Shown here one piece after another: positions 24,430 through 37,244 of a stretch of 64,000 bases of DNA; within the stretch, counting starts at the first letter, position 1; every line of letters begins with the position of its first letter. The notes under the pieces were generated by a model. That model was given only the letters and a program-made list of their open reading frames with translations. It searched no databases and was not told the DNA's origin. The translations under genes and the position numbers were made by a program. Location of the stretch: assembly GCA_964016885.1 (NCBI GenBank), contig OZ024741.1, positions 116,002,001 to 116,066,000 of the forward strand, written 5' to 3'. Origin of the DNA: Eledone cirrhosa. Lineage: Eukaryota.

Positions 24430-24945
24430 TATTTTCTTTAGGTCGTTTTGGAAGCCTCAACAATGCAGATAGGTAATTCTCCGGGTAACAAGATCCGGTG
24501 GTGAAGAGAGAGATGTAAGTGAATGTAGAACGAGATGTATAGTGTGTAGAAGAACGTAGGAAAGAGCGTAAAAAATAAAAATAAAAATAATAACACGAGA
24601 TAGAGTTACCTTGGAAGAGATTTAATTGTCCCTCTATTTCGGATATAAATACATCATCTGGGGAGGGGGGGTCCGGGGGGGGGGGTTCCTGGGGGTCCGG
24701 GGGGGTCCGGGGGGAGGGGGTTATCTGTCCGATAGGAGCGATGCGTGTCCTCCGCTGTTCGTTGTTTTGAATATCGGAATTATTTTTTACGCTCTTTCCT
24801 ACGTTCTTCTACACACTATACATCTCGTTCTACATTCACTTACATCTCTCTCTTCACCACCGGATCTTGTTACCCAGAGAATTACCCATCTGCATTGTTG
24901 AGGCTTCCAAAACGACCTAAAGAAAAGCAAACTTCAATACTCTCA
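24430..24945. repeat. Inverted repeat (about 150-bp arms, 24430-24578 and 24780-24927) with a G-rich spacer, embedded in (TA)n; probably a PLE 3' fragment
   Basis: The arms are near-perfect reverse complements, and (TA)n lies on both sides. Confidence 0.8.
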
Positions 24946-25010
24946 TATATATATATTTATATATATATATATATATATATATACAACAAATAAAAAAAAT
25001 ATATATACAT

Positions 25011-25171
25011 AGGAAAAGCTAACTTCGGCGGTATTTGAACCCAGACGGCCCTTTACCATCTAAGTTCAAATCCCGCCGAGGTTAAATTTGCCTTTCCTCC
25101 TTACGGGGTCGATAAAATAAAGCGCCAGTAATGCACTGTGATAATTGCTGGCCTTGTGTCAAAAGTAGAAA

Positions 25172-25175
<4 letters not shown>
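25011..25175 (+). mobile_element. tRNA-derived SINE fragment with a short inverted 5' duplication
   Basis: It has a B-box-like gttcaaatccc followed by ...ggggtcgataaaataaag..cagtaatgcactg. The same family occurs at 33475 and 37265. Confidence 0.7.
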
Positions 25176-25206
<31 letters not shown>

Positions 25207-25703
25207 GTAGTTTTCATGACGTTATTATTGTTAATTTTACTGGTGTATTAACTTGGATATTTACCATGCGGTATTCTAATTCTATTGTATCTCTCTCGGT
25301 TATTTACCATGCGACCCTCAGTGCCTACCCCCCCCCCCTCTATGCCTCTCTTTAGGATTACTACCCTATCTCTAACCTATCGAACCTCATTCATTCTCAA
25401 ACTTTTGAAGAGACAAGACACTTTTCCCCTTATCTGCTAAAATGTATCATTAGAGTTGATTTCAATTCGTTCCAGCCATCCATCCATACTAATCTTCGAA
25501 GGTATTTTAGTCTATATATTGTTGTTAATATTAATGCTGTTTTCCTGCTGTATTATCGATAAATTTTCGAAGGTTTCTTAGTAGTTTTCATGACGTTATT
25601 ATTGTTAATTTTACTGGTGTATTAACTTGGATATTTACCATGCGGTATTCTAATTCTATTGTATCTCTCTCGGTTATTTACCATGCGACACTCAGTGCTT
25701 ACC
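25207..25703 (+). repeat. About 120-bp direct duplication (25207-25328 and 25579-25703)
   Basis: The sequence gtagttttcatgacgttattattg...ccatgcgac occurs twice. Confidence 0.85.
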
Positions 25704-28700
25704 TCACAATTTCCCTCCCACCCACCCCCACACACCACCATAGCCGATTCGACCAATCAAACCTCAGCATGCCATTTCCACTGCTGCTGCTGCTACTACC
25801 TACCTAACTAACTCTCTCCTCCTCTGGCGCAGCCCAACACACCCTGCCATTACCCCACCACCACTGTTCTTCTAGCCCTCAATTTTCCCACCGTTATGGA
25901 TGGATGAGCTGAGAATACATTTGAGCAACTCTGAATCAATATATGAAATATGAATCTGCGAGCTACCAAGCACCCACGTGAAGCGCCAACCCAGAGACCC
26001 TCCCCTACGAGTGTCGACAAATGCCCAAAACTCCGAGTTGGTACCATCAATGTAGGCTCAATGAAAGGAAGAGCAGGAGAAATTGTAGAAATGCTAGAGC
26101 GAAAGGAAGTTGATGTATGCTGTGTGCAAGAGACTAGATGGAGAGGATAGTCTGCCAGAGTCCTGGTAGGAAAAAGCCAGTGCTACAAATTTTTCTGGGT
26201 GGGAAATGACGATGGGATGGGTGGTGTAGGTATCCTACTAGCTGACAAGTGGGTAGATAAAGTAATCTCAGTGTACAGGGTAAATGCAAGAATCATTAAA
26301 CTCAGACTAGTCCTGAATAAGACAATTACCACAATAATATCAGCTTACGCACCCCAATCGGGGCTGCCAGACGAACTTAAGGATAGGTTTTACGAGTCCC
26401 TAATACACACTACTGCTCTAACAGACGACAAGGACTTCCTAATCATCGCAGGAGATTTTAACTGACACGTAGGTAAACACTGTGACGGCTTCAATAGAGT
26501 ACATGGAGGCCATGGAGTTGGCACAAGGAATGAGGAAGGATTCAGACTTCTAGAATTCTGCGACGCCAATGACATGTCGATATGTAACACAAACTTAAAA
26601 AAACCCGACAACCACCTGATCACCTATAGATCAGGGGAGCACTCTAGTCAGTTATATTTTATCCTCATCAGAGGACGTGACAGATGGACGGTCGTAAACA
26701 CAAAAGCCTTCCCTAGTGAGGAATGTACATCCCAACATAGCTTAGTTGTCAGCGATCTCACGGTCAGAACTAGACGAACCCGGAAACAGAGGCCAACCTG
26801 GAGAAGAAAGATCTGGAAGCTGAAAGTCCCCTCAACCAGTAACAGATTTAAAGATATTTTACTCAACGCCTACGACAGTAAAGAAGAACAGATAGAGACA
26901 TTTAACGTAGAAGAGAACTGGGAGTTCCTAAAAAATAATTTACTAGAGGCGACGGATGAGGTCTGTGTCTGGAGTAAGACCTCAAGCAGGAGGAGAGTGA
27001 CTTGGTGGTGGAACAATAAGGTAGATGAAGTAGTTAAGGCCAAAAGACAGGCATGGAAAGAATGAAAGAACGGGGGGAGTAGGGTACATTACATAGAGGC
27101 CAAGAGGGAAGCTAGGCGACAAGTATACTTAGCTAGGAGGGAAGCAGAGGATAGAAATTTCAAGCATGTTTTACAACGTGAGGACCAGAAACAGGAGGTA
27201 TTCAAGATTGCGAGGCAGTGTTTCAGAGATAGTTGCGATGTCATTGGAGAGAAGTGTATCCGGAATGATAAAGGTGAGCTTGCCCTCACAAGTGCTGAGA
27301 AGAAAGATGCATGGAAGAGTCATTATGATAGATTACTAAATGAGGAGAATGCATGGGAAGAAGAGACCCTACCCCAAGTAGACCCTATAGAGGGACCAGC
27401 AGTACAAGTCAGCAGCAGCGTAGTAAGTAAGGCAATCAAAGATATGAAGATGGGGAAGGCAACCGGTCCATCGGGTATAGCTGCCGAGATGCTGAAGGCA
27501 TCTGGGTCTGTAGGTCACACTATAACCACACGTATCGTTAACCAGGTAATACTAGAAGGGGCCATACCAAAAGATTGGTGCAGTAGCATCATTGTCAACT
27601 GCTACAAAGGTAAAGGCGATGCACTAGATAGAGGAAACTATAGAGGTATAAAGTTGATGGACCAGGTCATGAAAGTAACAGAAAGAGTTATAGCACAGCT
27701 GATTAGGGACCGGGTGAATATAGACGAGATGCAATTTGGGTTTGTACCAGGAAGAGGCACCACTGATGCCCTCTTCCTTGTGAGGCAATTACAGGAAAAG
27801 TACCTAGCTAAAAGTAAGCCACTCTACTTGGCATTTGTCGACCTTGAGAAAGCCTTTGACAGAGTTCCACGTGCTGTAATCTGGTGGGCTCTTAGAAAAC
27901 TAGGAGTAGATGATTGGCTTGTGAAAGCGGTACAAGCCATGTATAGGGGAGCAGTCAGCAAAGTTAGGATTAGCAATGAGTATAGCGAGGAATTTAGCGT
28001 ACAGGCTGGGGTCCACCAGGGCTCTGTTCTTAGCCCTCTCCTGTTCATCATAGTCCTGCAGGCAATAACGGAGGAGTTTAAGACCGGATGCCCATGGGAA
28101 CTCCTGTATGCTGATGACCTCGCACTCATAGCTGAATCTATGGTAGAACTAGAGAATAAATTCCAAACCTGGAAGCAGAGACTAGAGAGAAAGGGTCTCA
28201 AAGTCAACATGATAAAGACTAAGGTCCTTGTAAGTAGACGAGAAAACAGAACCCAGATCCCCTCAGGGAAATGACCTTGCTCAGTATGTAGGAAAGGTGT
28301 TGGTAGGAACTCCATTCTCTGCCCCAAATGCAAACAATGGGTACACAAGAGATGTAGCGGGATCTCAGGAAGCTTAATTAAGAATGTAGGATTCACATGC
28401 AGCAGCTGTGCTGAAACAGCAAGCAGCAAACAGCCACAGGAAACAAGTACCACCAATCTCTGGGAGGGCCCTGTAGAAACAGTAGACAGCTTCTGCTACC
28501 TAGGTGACCGAATTAGCAACGGAGGTGGGTGTTCAGAAAGTACAATAACTAGGGTAAGAACGGGATGGAAGAAGTTTAGGGAACTACTACCACTGCTAGC
28601 TGCAAAAGGCTTCTCCCTCAGAATGAAAGGCAGACTGTATGATGCGTGTATCCGAACAGCGATGTTGCATGGTAGTGAGACCTGGGCGCTGAAGGTGGAA

Positions 28701-29363
28701 GACTTACGTAGATTAGAGAGAAACGAAGCCTGCATGCTCCGATGGATGTGTAACAGTAATATACGTGAACGACAAAGCATAAATGAATTGAGAGAGAGAC
28801 TGAGCATAAGAGGAATCAAATGCTGTGTGCAGGAGAGGCGGTAGTGCTGGTATGGACATGTGATGCGTATGAAGGATGACAGTTGCATAAAAAGGTGCAG
28901 AGCACTAGAAGTTGATGGAAACCGCGGAATGGGGAGACCCAAGATGACCTGGGATGAGGTGATAAAAGCCGACCTTACACAATTACACCTCTCAAAGACA
29001 ATGACACACGACCGTGACTTCTGGCGTCACGCAGTAATACAGAGTACCCGACCTCCCATGGGTACATGCTGAAGCATATAAACAATATGCCCCCACACCT
29101 AACACCGCAAGGTGGTCGTGGAGGTGCCACGGCAAAAAAGCACCCAGCCCACACTGTAAAGTGGACGTGTAGGCGCCACGAAAAAGCACCCAGCACTCAC
29201 TGTAAATGAGGTTGGTGTTAGGAAGGGCATCCAGCTGTAGAAATCAAGCCAGATCAGTTCCTGTATGAGCAGGGCATGGTCAGCCGACCAGACACTGCAC
29301 ACAAAAGGACAACCCGTCTAACCCATGCTAGCGTGGAAGAACGGACGTAAAACGGTGATGATG
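25207..29363 (+). mobile_element. RTE-type LINE (APE-RT with an internal PHD-like finger), pseudogenised by in-frame stops
   Basis: It contains LRVGTINVGSM, CCVQETRWRG, SAYAPQ, AGDFN, NYRGIKL, QFGFVPGRGTTDA, DLEKAFDRVPR, QGSVLSP and YADD, plus CSVC..CPKC..HKRC..CSSC at about 28277-28410. Stops fall at 26148, 26463, 27063, 28272 and 28842, and the tail is tgatgatga. The 5' boundary is uncertain. Confidence 0.9.
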
Positions 29364-29364
29364 A

Positions 29365-29809
29365 AATGGAATAGAATGAAACAAAATTTCATTTCTCATT
29401 CTTAGTACGGCACTTACTTAAATGTAAGTATGTATGTATACGTACATACATATATGTATACAGACGTACAGTAGTATGTATATATATACATACATGCACA
29501 CATATAAATATATGCACGTATCGGTTTACCGAACATTTATTATAATGCTCGGTTTGTTTGTTTGTAAACAAACAAACAGCCCAAATTACGCCGTACAGTG
29601 TTTAGGCAACCACGTCACCTTTTTGTTCAACACTGACACAGGAATGATGTACTAGTTTCAAGCTTATTAGCTATCATCAGCATCGTATACCTTCCTGCCA
29701 GATGGTTGAACGTCTGAAAGTATATACTTTCCTTATGCATATTAACGGCTGAGCAACCTAATTTGCATATCAAGTGAGTTCAGTCGGCCGGATGCACCGA
29801 AAACGATAA

Positions 29810-29873
<64 letters not shown>

Positions 29874-30007
29874 CGTAATTCGGGCTGTTTGTTTACAAAC
29901 AAACCGAACGAACATTATAATAAATGTTCGGTAAACCCATACGTACATATATATATGTGTGCATGTATGTATATATATATACGTACTATTGTACGTCTGT
30001 ATACATA
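29365..30007 (+). repeat. Copy of the about 478-bp satellite-like unit (29365-29811) plus a partial inverted copy (29871-30007) across (TA)n
   Basis: It is homologous to 63501-64000, and 29871-30007 is the reverse complement of about 29455-29592. Confidence 0.8.
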
Positions 30008-30125
30008 ACTTTTTCCGATTATTATGTATTTTCCGTTTGTTCATATGTTATATACATCGTACCAAATTGGTTTTTCAGCCCTTGTAATTCTAAACACACA
30101 TTTTTCTGTCTTTATTTCTATATAT

Positions 30126-30835
<710 letters not shown>

Positions 30836-30837
<2 letters not shown>

Positions 30838-31248
30838 GAGAGCAATCCAACAAGTAAGGTCTCCTTACGATATTGCAACTTCCGATATTGCAACTTTTCC
30901 GCTAAAATCCTGTGGATGGTGCTTCGGGAAACCTCAGGAACCAAAAGGCAGAGACCATCCAGAGTGATCCACCGATCTTTACGCATGTTTTCCTCGAAAG
31001 AAGACCTTACTTTTGGGATTGCCCTCGTATATAATAACTGCGCAAAATTCGCACTTGGCGGTAGCGTTCAACGGGAGCTCCATCCTCAACGGCTGCCAAG
31101 GCAAGATTGAGTATCCCAGCGAAGCGCACACATGTTTGGTTGGGAGTGAAGGAAGCACCAATCACAACAGTGTTGCTAATAGCCGTACGAACAGTTTCTC
31201 TGCTTCCCCATCGCTTTGGAGACCTTACTTTTGGGATTACCCTCGAAT
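30836..31248 (-). mobile_element. Tc1/mariner deletion derivatives with three TIR copies
   Basis: TIR-like sequences (consensus TACGAGGGTAATCCCAAAAGTAAGGTCTCC) lie at about 30836 (+), 31002-31029 (-) and 31218-31248 (-). Transposase remnants include MELPLNATAKCEFCAVI and the HTH-like DRWITLDGLCLLVPEVSRSTIHRILAEKLQYRK. Confidence 0.8.
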
Positions 31249-31253
31249 ATATA

Positions 31254-31293
<40 letters not shown>

Positions 31294-31319
31294 TGTGTGT
31301 GTGTGTGTGTATCTTCTTT

Positions 31320-32545
31320 TTCTTCGCTCACTTATCCTGAGAGGGTCGTGGAGGCAGAGTTCTCAAAAACTTCTTCCAACGGGTCCTGTTAGAAGCAACC
31401 GTCTCCAGTTTTTCCTGCTGGATCCTTAAGAGTGACCAGCCAAACTCATATATGTTATCCAACCATCTTGCTTTGGGTATACCCCTGACTCTCCTGCCGG
31501 TTGGTTTTGCTCGTAAAATCTGTCCAGCAATTCTTTCCTGATACATCCGAACCTCCTAGTATCGGTGCTGTGATCTTTAAATTCTCAGACGTAGCGGAAA
31601 TACGTGGAGTGACTCTCTAATCTCCAAACTACGCACTCTATCGAGTAACGTTCCTCTAAAGACGCTTCTGAGGAAATCCATTTCGACTGCTTGTATTCGA
31701 GATCGTATTCTTTCGGTCATTATCCGAGAATTGTGACCATTGGTAAGTGTTGGCATGAATACTGAGTTGAAGATAGTGAGTTTGTCATTTACGCCTACCC
31801 CTCTTCTTCTGATTATTGAATTCTGCAGCTGGCGTATTACTGCATTAGCTCCTGGAATTCTTGCACTTAATTCAGTTTCCTGCCTTCTGTCACTTGTGAA
31901 CATGGACCCAAGATATTTGAACTTCTGTTCTTGCTTCAGTGAAAGTCAATTTACATGTAGAGTGCACTGCGCAGGCTTCCTTGTGAGGATGAGTGTCTCA
32001 GTTTTCATTCTAGTCATGCAGCACACGGCATTGAACCTATGATATCACCTTCTGTCGAGTTAAGTAACACCATGTGGTCTGCAAATTCCAGCCGACTGAT
32101 TTTACACCCGACAGTTGTGGTATCACTTCCAACCCGGCTGTGAATGTCAATCCTGTTCGTGTAGATAATGAACAGGAAAGGTGACAGTACGCACCCTTGG
32201 CAGAATCTGACACTCACATTAAATAGTTTCGATTTAGCACAATCGTATAGAGACATCAGGGCAGCAAGAAGCTGGCCATCGGTCCCATATACTCCTGTAC
32301 AACCTTCCACAGCAGGTCCCGAGAAACACGGTCATATACCTTTTCGAGGTCTATAAAACAAGAATATACCTCTTGGCGATACTCCTACGATTTCTCTAAG
32401 ACCTCCCTCATCATGAATATTTGGATGGCTGAGCTGTGTCCGGGACGAAAACCGCACTGTTCATCAGCTAGCTTGAACTCGACAACCCAATGCATCTCTT
32501 TGCCAGACACTTAGCCAGGGAAGCTTAACAATCGATACCTCTTTA
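31320..32545 (-). mobile_element. Degenerate RTE-like LINE RT and C-terminal fragment
   Basis: It contains QGCVLSPFLFIIY, FADH (a decayed YADD), RIQAVEMDFLR and GRRVRGIPKARWLDNI. Confidence 0.8.
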
Positions 32546-32931
32546 ATTAGAACAATATATATAATTATAGAAATATATATAATTATAGAAAAAAAATATA
32601 ATTATAGAAAAAAGAATACTCAGTACCGAAGTAGAGTTTTAATATTCATCTATATATATAAAACTGAGGTTGTCTCTCTGTATGTATGTATGTCTGTCTA
32701 CTAAAACGTTCGGCACACATCTCCTCCTAAACCGTACGTTCAAATTTCGGTGAAATTGCTACACTTATCGATGAAGGTCCGGCGGAGACATCGGTCAAAA
32801 ACATTTTCAAATCGACCCACGCCAAGTGCAAAAATCGAATTTGTAATGTATTGATTTTTTAGTTCAAATGTATAAATAGAGATGAGAGACGAGTTATTTC
32901 CATTTTATGGCATCATTTGCTTATCTATTTA

Positions 32932-34005
32932 CTAGCAGAGGTACCCGGCGTTGCTCGGGTATTAAATAGCAGTTATGTATACCCTTTATGTCAATACTTC
33001 AGTGTTTCTTCGAAAACTATACTTTTACAAAATCATCGGCTTTTTCCAGAGGTCCCCTACTCAATATGTGCCAATTCTGAGAGTTCACATTCATCTGTAG
33101 AACAAACGTAGCCCATGTGTCAAGTTTTGTGAAAATCGGTTGCGAACTCCAGAAGTTATGACGTTTTTACATTGCACTGCAGTGCTTTAGTCGACTCCAA
33201 GGAAGTGGTTAAAGGGGCTTATCCGCGGGCAGGCACTATAATCAATATCTGGAAAAATGAAAGTGCCCATGACCATCCGGAGTACATAAGTAACCTATGT
33301 CTTAAGTTTGGTGAAAATACTGTAGTAATGCATAAGGTTTACACACGCGCGCGCGCGCGCACGTGTGTGTGTATGTATTTGTGTGTGCGTATGTATATGT
33401 CTGTGTATGTTCGTCGGCGCATACGTATGTACTGGCCTAAATCTTCACTATTTACTTTTACTATGTTAAGGCAAAGTTAAAATCCCGTCGAGGTTAACTT
33501 TGCCTTTCATCCTTACGGGGTCGATAAAATAAAGTACCAGTAATGTACTGGGTAATTGCTGGCCTTGTGCCAAAAGTAGAAACAACTATTTTAATAACCT
33601 GTCATTTTCGTATACAATTTTATTTACATCATTCTTAAACTCCGGGGCTGGAAATCATTCGGTTATTTTATATAGAATATTAGTCTAACGACTCCATTTA
33701 CACCATATACTTGGTCTTGTCTTTGCATGAAATTGTTCTTCTCGGTCCACCGCGTCGTTTATACGTAACATAAATAGATAAGCAAATGACGCCATAAAAG
33801 GGAAATAACTCGTTTCTCAATACATTACAAATTCGATTTTTGCACTTGGCGTGGGTCGATTTGAAAATTTTTTGACCGGTGTCTCCGCCGGATCTTCATC
33901 TATGAGTGTAGCAATTTCACCGAAATTTGAACGTACGGTTTAGGAGGAGATGTGTGCCGAAGGTTTTAGTAGACAGACATACAACCTCAGTTTTATATAT
34001 ATAGA
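32932..34005 (-). mobile_element. Non-autonomous Helitron (family A 5' end) nested in reverse inside the outer copy
   Basis: On the minus strand it runs TC...cccgagcaacgccggg...CTAG and is inserted between A32931 and T34006 with no TSD. Removing it restores ttatctattta|tgttacgtataaacg. Confidence 0.85.
33475..33590 (+). mobile_element. SINE fragment inside the nested Helitron
   Basis: It reads cccgtcgaggttaactttgcctttcatccttacggggtcgataaaataaagtaccag. The segment 33360-33590 recurs in reverse at about 37265-37485. Confidence 0.7.
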
Positions 34006-34655
34006 TGTTACGTATAAACGGCGCGTGCAAAAGTACAAAAATATACAAACAACTTTCGAGCCAGCCAAATTTTAACCTGCAAAATTCATGAGTTCAAAAT
34101 TTGAACATTAAGCTTCCATCTTGCTTCATTTCCATTAAAAAGTCTTTTAAAACAATATTTTTACTTGAAAACAAGCCTATTTGAATACACCGTAAAACAA
34201 GCAAATATTTTGTAAAAAAAAAAAAGCATTCATCTCGAAAAAGCCTTATGAGATTTTCATTTAGAGGCAATGATTTTAAACGACAGACAGATAACGCATT
34301 TTTTTTTTTTTTCATGTCCATCCAATTTCTTTGTTTCAAAATAACTGATAGTTTGGTTACGCTGATGTTTTTCTCTGAGACATGTGTTGCAGTGTTTACA
34401 TTTTCGATTTGTTAATAGATTACCAGTGCAGTTTTTATCCCCAGCAACCTCGTTTGTTTTAACATTCAGGTTATGGTTATGTTTTCTTAACTTCATAAGG
34501 CATACTGTTGGTTGAGGGAATATTAATCAAAAGTACCACATGAAAGTCTACACTGTAGACTCTACAGTTTTTAAGACAAGAAAGGAATTTAACATTGTAA
34601 CTTTAACACAGCTACTGAGCAGCCCCGAGCAACGCCGGGCTTTACTGCTAGTTTA

Positions 34656-34830
34656 TCTACTTATATATATAACCAGCAATTTCTCTGTCTGTCTGTCCGA
34701 CAGTGGAAACACGTGCGTAGAGAGAGAGTGAGAGTGAAAGAAAGAGACAGACTACGAGAGGGGGATAGCGGGAGGGAGAGAGGGGGAGAGAGAGAGTGAA
34801 TAGACGTTAAAACACGTGCTACAGAAACAT
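34656..34830 (+). mobile_element. Helitron-like family B 5' fragment
   Basis: A|TC..tatatataaccagcaatttctctgtctgtctgtccgacag is shared with the copy at 35664. Confidence 0.55.
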
Positions 34831-35663
34831 TAACCTTCCCCTCTCCACTGACTTTGGTCAGTGAGGCCGAGGGGACCGCTGGTTGCTATAGAGACACCTT
34901 GCACAAGCCAGAAGTAACCAGTTCGAGGCGGTTCTGACTTGACACCATGCGAAGAAGGTTGCCATTGAATTTGTGGTTGTTGCTGCTGATAATAAGGACC
35001 ATTTGAAGAAGGTTGCTGCTGATGAGGTAATTTATTAATCAGATTGCGCAGTTCCATAACCTACGTTTGATTTGTTCAATTTTTTTCTTCAATTTTTTTT
35101 TGTTGTTTTTTTTTATTTCTTATTGAAAAAATATAAATAATAAAATAAGATTAGAAATTTAAATACAATTAAATACGATTTAATTTCCATTTCCAGCAGC
35201 CAATGTCCAGTATTCAATTTCATGAAAAAATTGGAAATAATTCAAAAAATTGAAGTTTAACTTTTGAACATTTGTTTTGACAATAAAAATATATTTCCTT
35301 ATTCACACCTAATGGTATGATTAAAATTTCATAGGAATATTTTTTTCTAACCGCCAGTTATTTAAATATTATTAAAAATAAATTTTTTTTTTAAAAGAAT
35401 GGAAGATTTTGTGGATTTGTTTACCACCTTCCAAGCCTTAAACACTAATTCTCGCGAATGTGTGTTTTGTAATGACCCTCAGGACGCTGCTATTGTTGAT
35501 TGCAATAGTGCCTGGTATTCGAATATGTTAGTATACAATTTTTTGAATAAAATTAAGGCGCAATTAGAGCTGCCAAACAAAATTTTTTTCGGCTTCGGCC
35601 CATATTATATATATATAATGGGGATGATGATGATGATATACATAGTTACATATGTATATGTAA

Positions 35664-36053
35664 TCTCCTTATAATATATAACCAGCAATTTCTCTGTCTG
35701 TCTGTCCGACAGTGGAAGCACATGCGCGCGTGCGAATGCTTTTTGCGCACGCGTAGAGAGAGAGTGAGAGTGAAAGAAAGAGAAGACTACGAGAGGGGGA
35801 TAGCGGGAGGTAGAGAGGGAGAGAGAGAGTGAATAGACGCTAAAACACGTGCGCGCGTGCGAATGTTTTTTGCGCACGCGTAGATAGAGAGTGAGAGTGA
35901 AAGAAAGAGACAGACTACAAGAGGGGGATAGCGGGAGGGAGAGAGGGGGGAATTGAGGAGTGCTACAGAAACATATATACATATATATATATATACACAC
36001 ACAGAAATATATATATATACACACAGAAATATATATACATTTCTGTGTGCGTA

Positions 36054-36086
<33 letters not shown>

Positions 36087-36213
36087 GAAACATATATACA
36101 TTTCTGTGTGTGTAATATATATATATATACACACAGAAATATATATACATTTCTGTGTGTGTAATATATATATATACTAGCAGAAAACCACCCGGTGGGT
36201 GGTTTTCTGCTAG
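35664..36213 (+). mobile_element. Helitron-like family B copy with an internal palindromic minisatellite and a palindromic CTAG end
   Basis: It starts with TC, contains tandem acacagaaatatatatacatttctgtgt units, and ends ...gggtggttttctgCTAG. Confidence 0.6.
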
Positions 36214-36630
36214 TCTATATATATAAAACTGAGGTTGTCTGTCTGTCTACTAAAACGGTCGGCATACATCTCCTCTTAAACCGTACGCTCAAATTTCGGT
36301 GAAATTGCTACACTTATAGATGAAGATCCGACGGAGACATCAGTCAAACCAATTTTTAAATCGACACACGCCAAGTGCAAAAATCTAATTTGTAACGTAT
36401 TGATTTTTCAGTTCAAATGTATAAATAGAGATGAGAGACGAGTTATTTCCCTTTTATGGCGTCATTTGTTTATCTTTTTACGTTACGAATAAACGTGCAA
36501 AGGTACAAAAATACGCGAACAGTTTTCGGGACAGCAAAATTTTAACCTGCAAAATTCATGAGTTCGAAGTTTCAACATTAAGCTTCCATTTTGCTTCATT
36601 TCCATTAAAAAGTCTTTTAAAACAATATTT
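36214..36630 (+). mobile_element. Helitron family A 5' portion, third copy, lacking the nested insert
   Basis: It is colinear with 32649-32931 joined to 34006-34160. Confidence 0.8.
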
Positions 36631-36965
36631 CAGCGCATCAGCCTCGCCATCACCCGAGGCAACGTTGCGAGTGTGCTGGCTTGCCTCAAAAATCATTAGA
36701 GAGGTTGCCCAGTACTTGCGACGTGGCTGTCTTTTGCTCTGGTGTTGGCTCCGTTGTTCACCCCTTCCTTTACATTTTCTTTAATATTGTAGCATTGAAG
36801 GAATATATCTTTCATTGTATCATCCTTTGTAGTGTTACCGAGGCATTTGTAATGCTATTTATGTATATATTTAAAACATATTTGTTATGTTATCCTACTG
36901 TAAATTTATTTATATGCTCTGTTTATATTTTTATTCTCACTACCCTCAAAAATCTATGAAACTAC
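36631..36965 (+). mobile_element. Extreme 3' fragment of a CRE/RLE-type non-LTR element
   Basis: It translates as QRISLAITRGNVASVLACLKNH*, which resembles the conserved QRLS.A.QRGNA terminal motif. An AT-rich 3' UTR follows. Confidence 0.55.
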
Positions 36966-37175
36966 ATACATGTTGCAACTCTCTCTATATATATATATAT
37001 CACACAGACACATATACATATACATCTAAAGAGAGAAAGGGAGATGTAGAGAGAGAGAGTGAGATAGGTCGTTATACAGAGAGAGGTACAAGATAATCAG
37101 ATAGAGAGACAGAGAGAGAGAGAGAATGGCGACGGACGCTGGTTCACACACACAAAAACACATATATATATATAT

Positions 37176-37244
<69 letters not shown>

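Larger units (their letters stand above)
32649..34651 (+). mobile_element. Non-autonomous Helitron (family A), outer copy
   Basis: The 5' end is A|TCTATATATATAAAACTGAGG. The 3' end is the hairpin cccgagcaacgccggg followed by CTAG|T. Confidence 0.8.

Noticed and set aside
32649-34005. TIR DNA transposon or MITE with 280-bp inverted repeats
   Set aside because: It is explained by the reverse nesting of two Helitrons, with A|T insertion and CTAG ends.
35975-36175. CRISPR-like palindromic repeats
   Set aside because: The spacers are just (TA)n, the context is eukaryotic, and there are no cas genes. It is a minisatellite.
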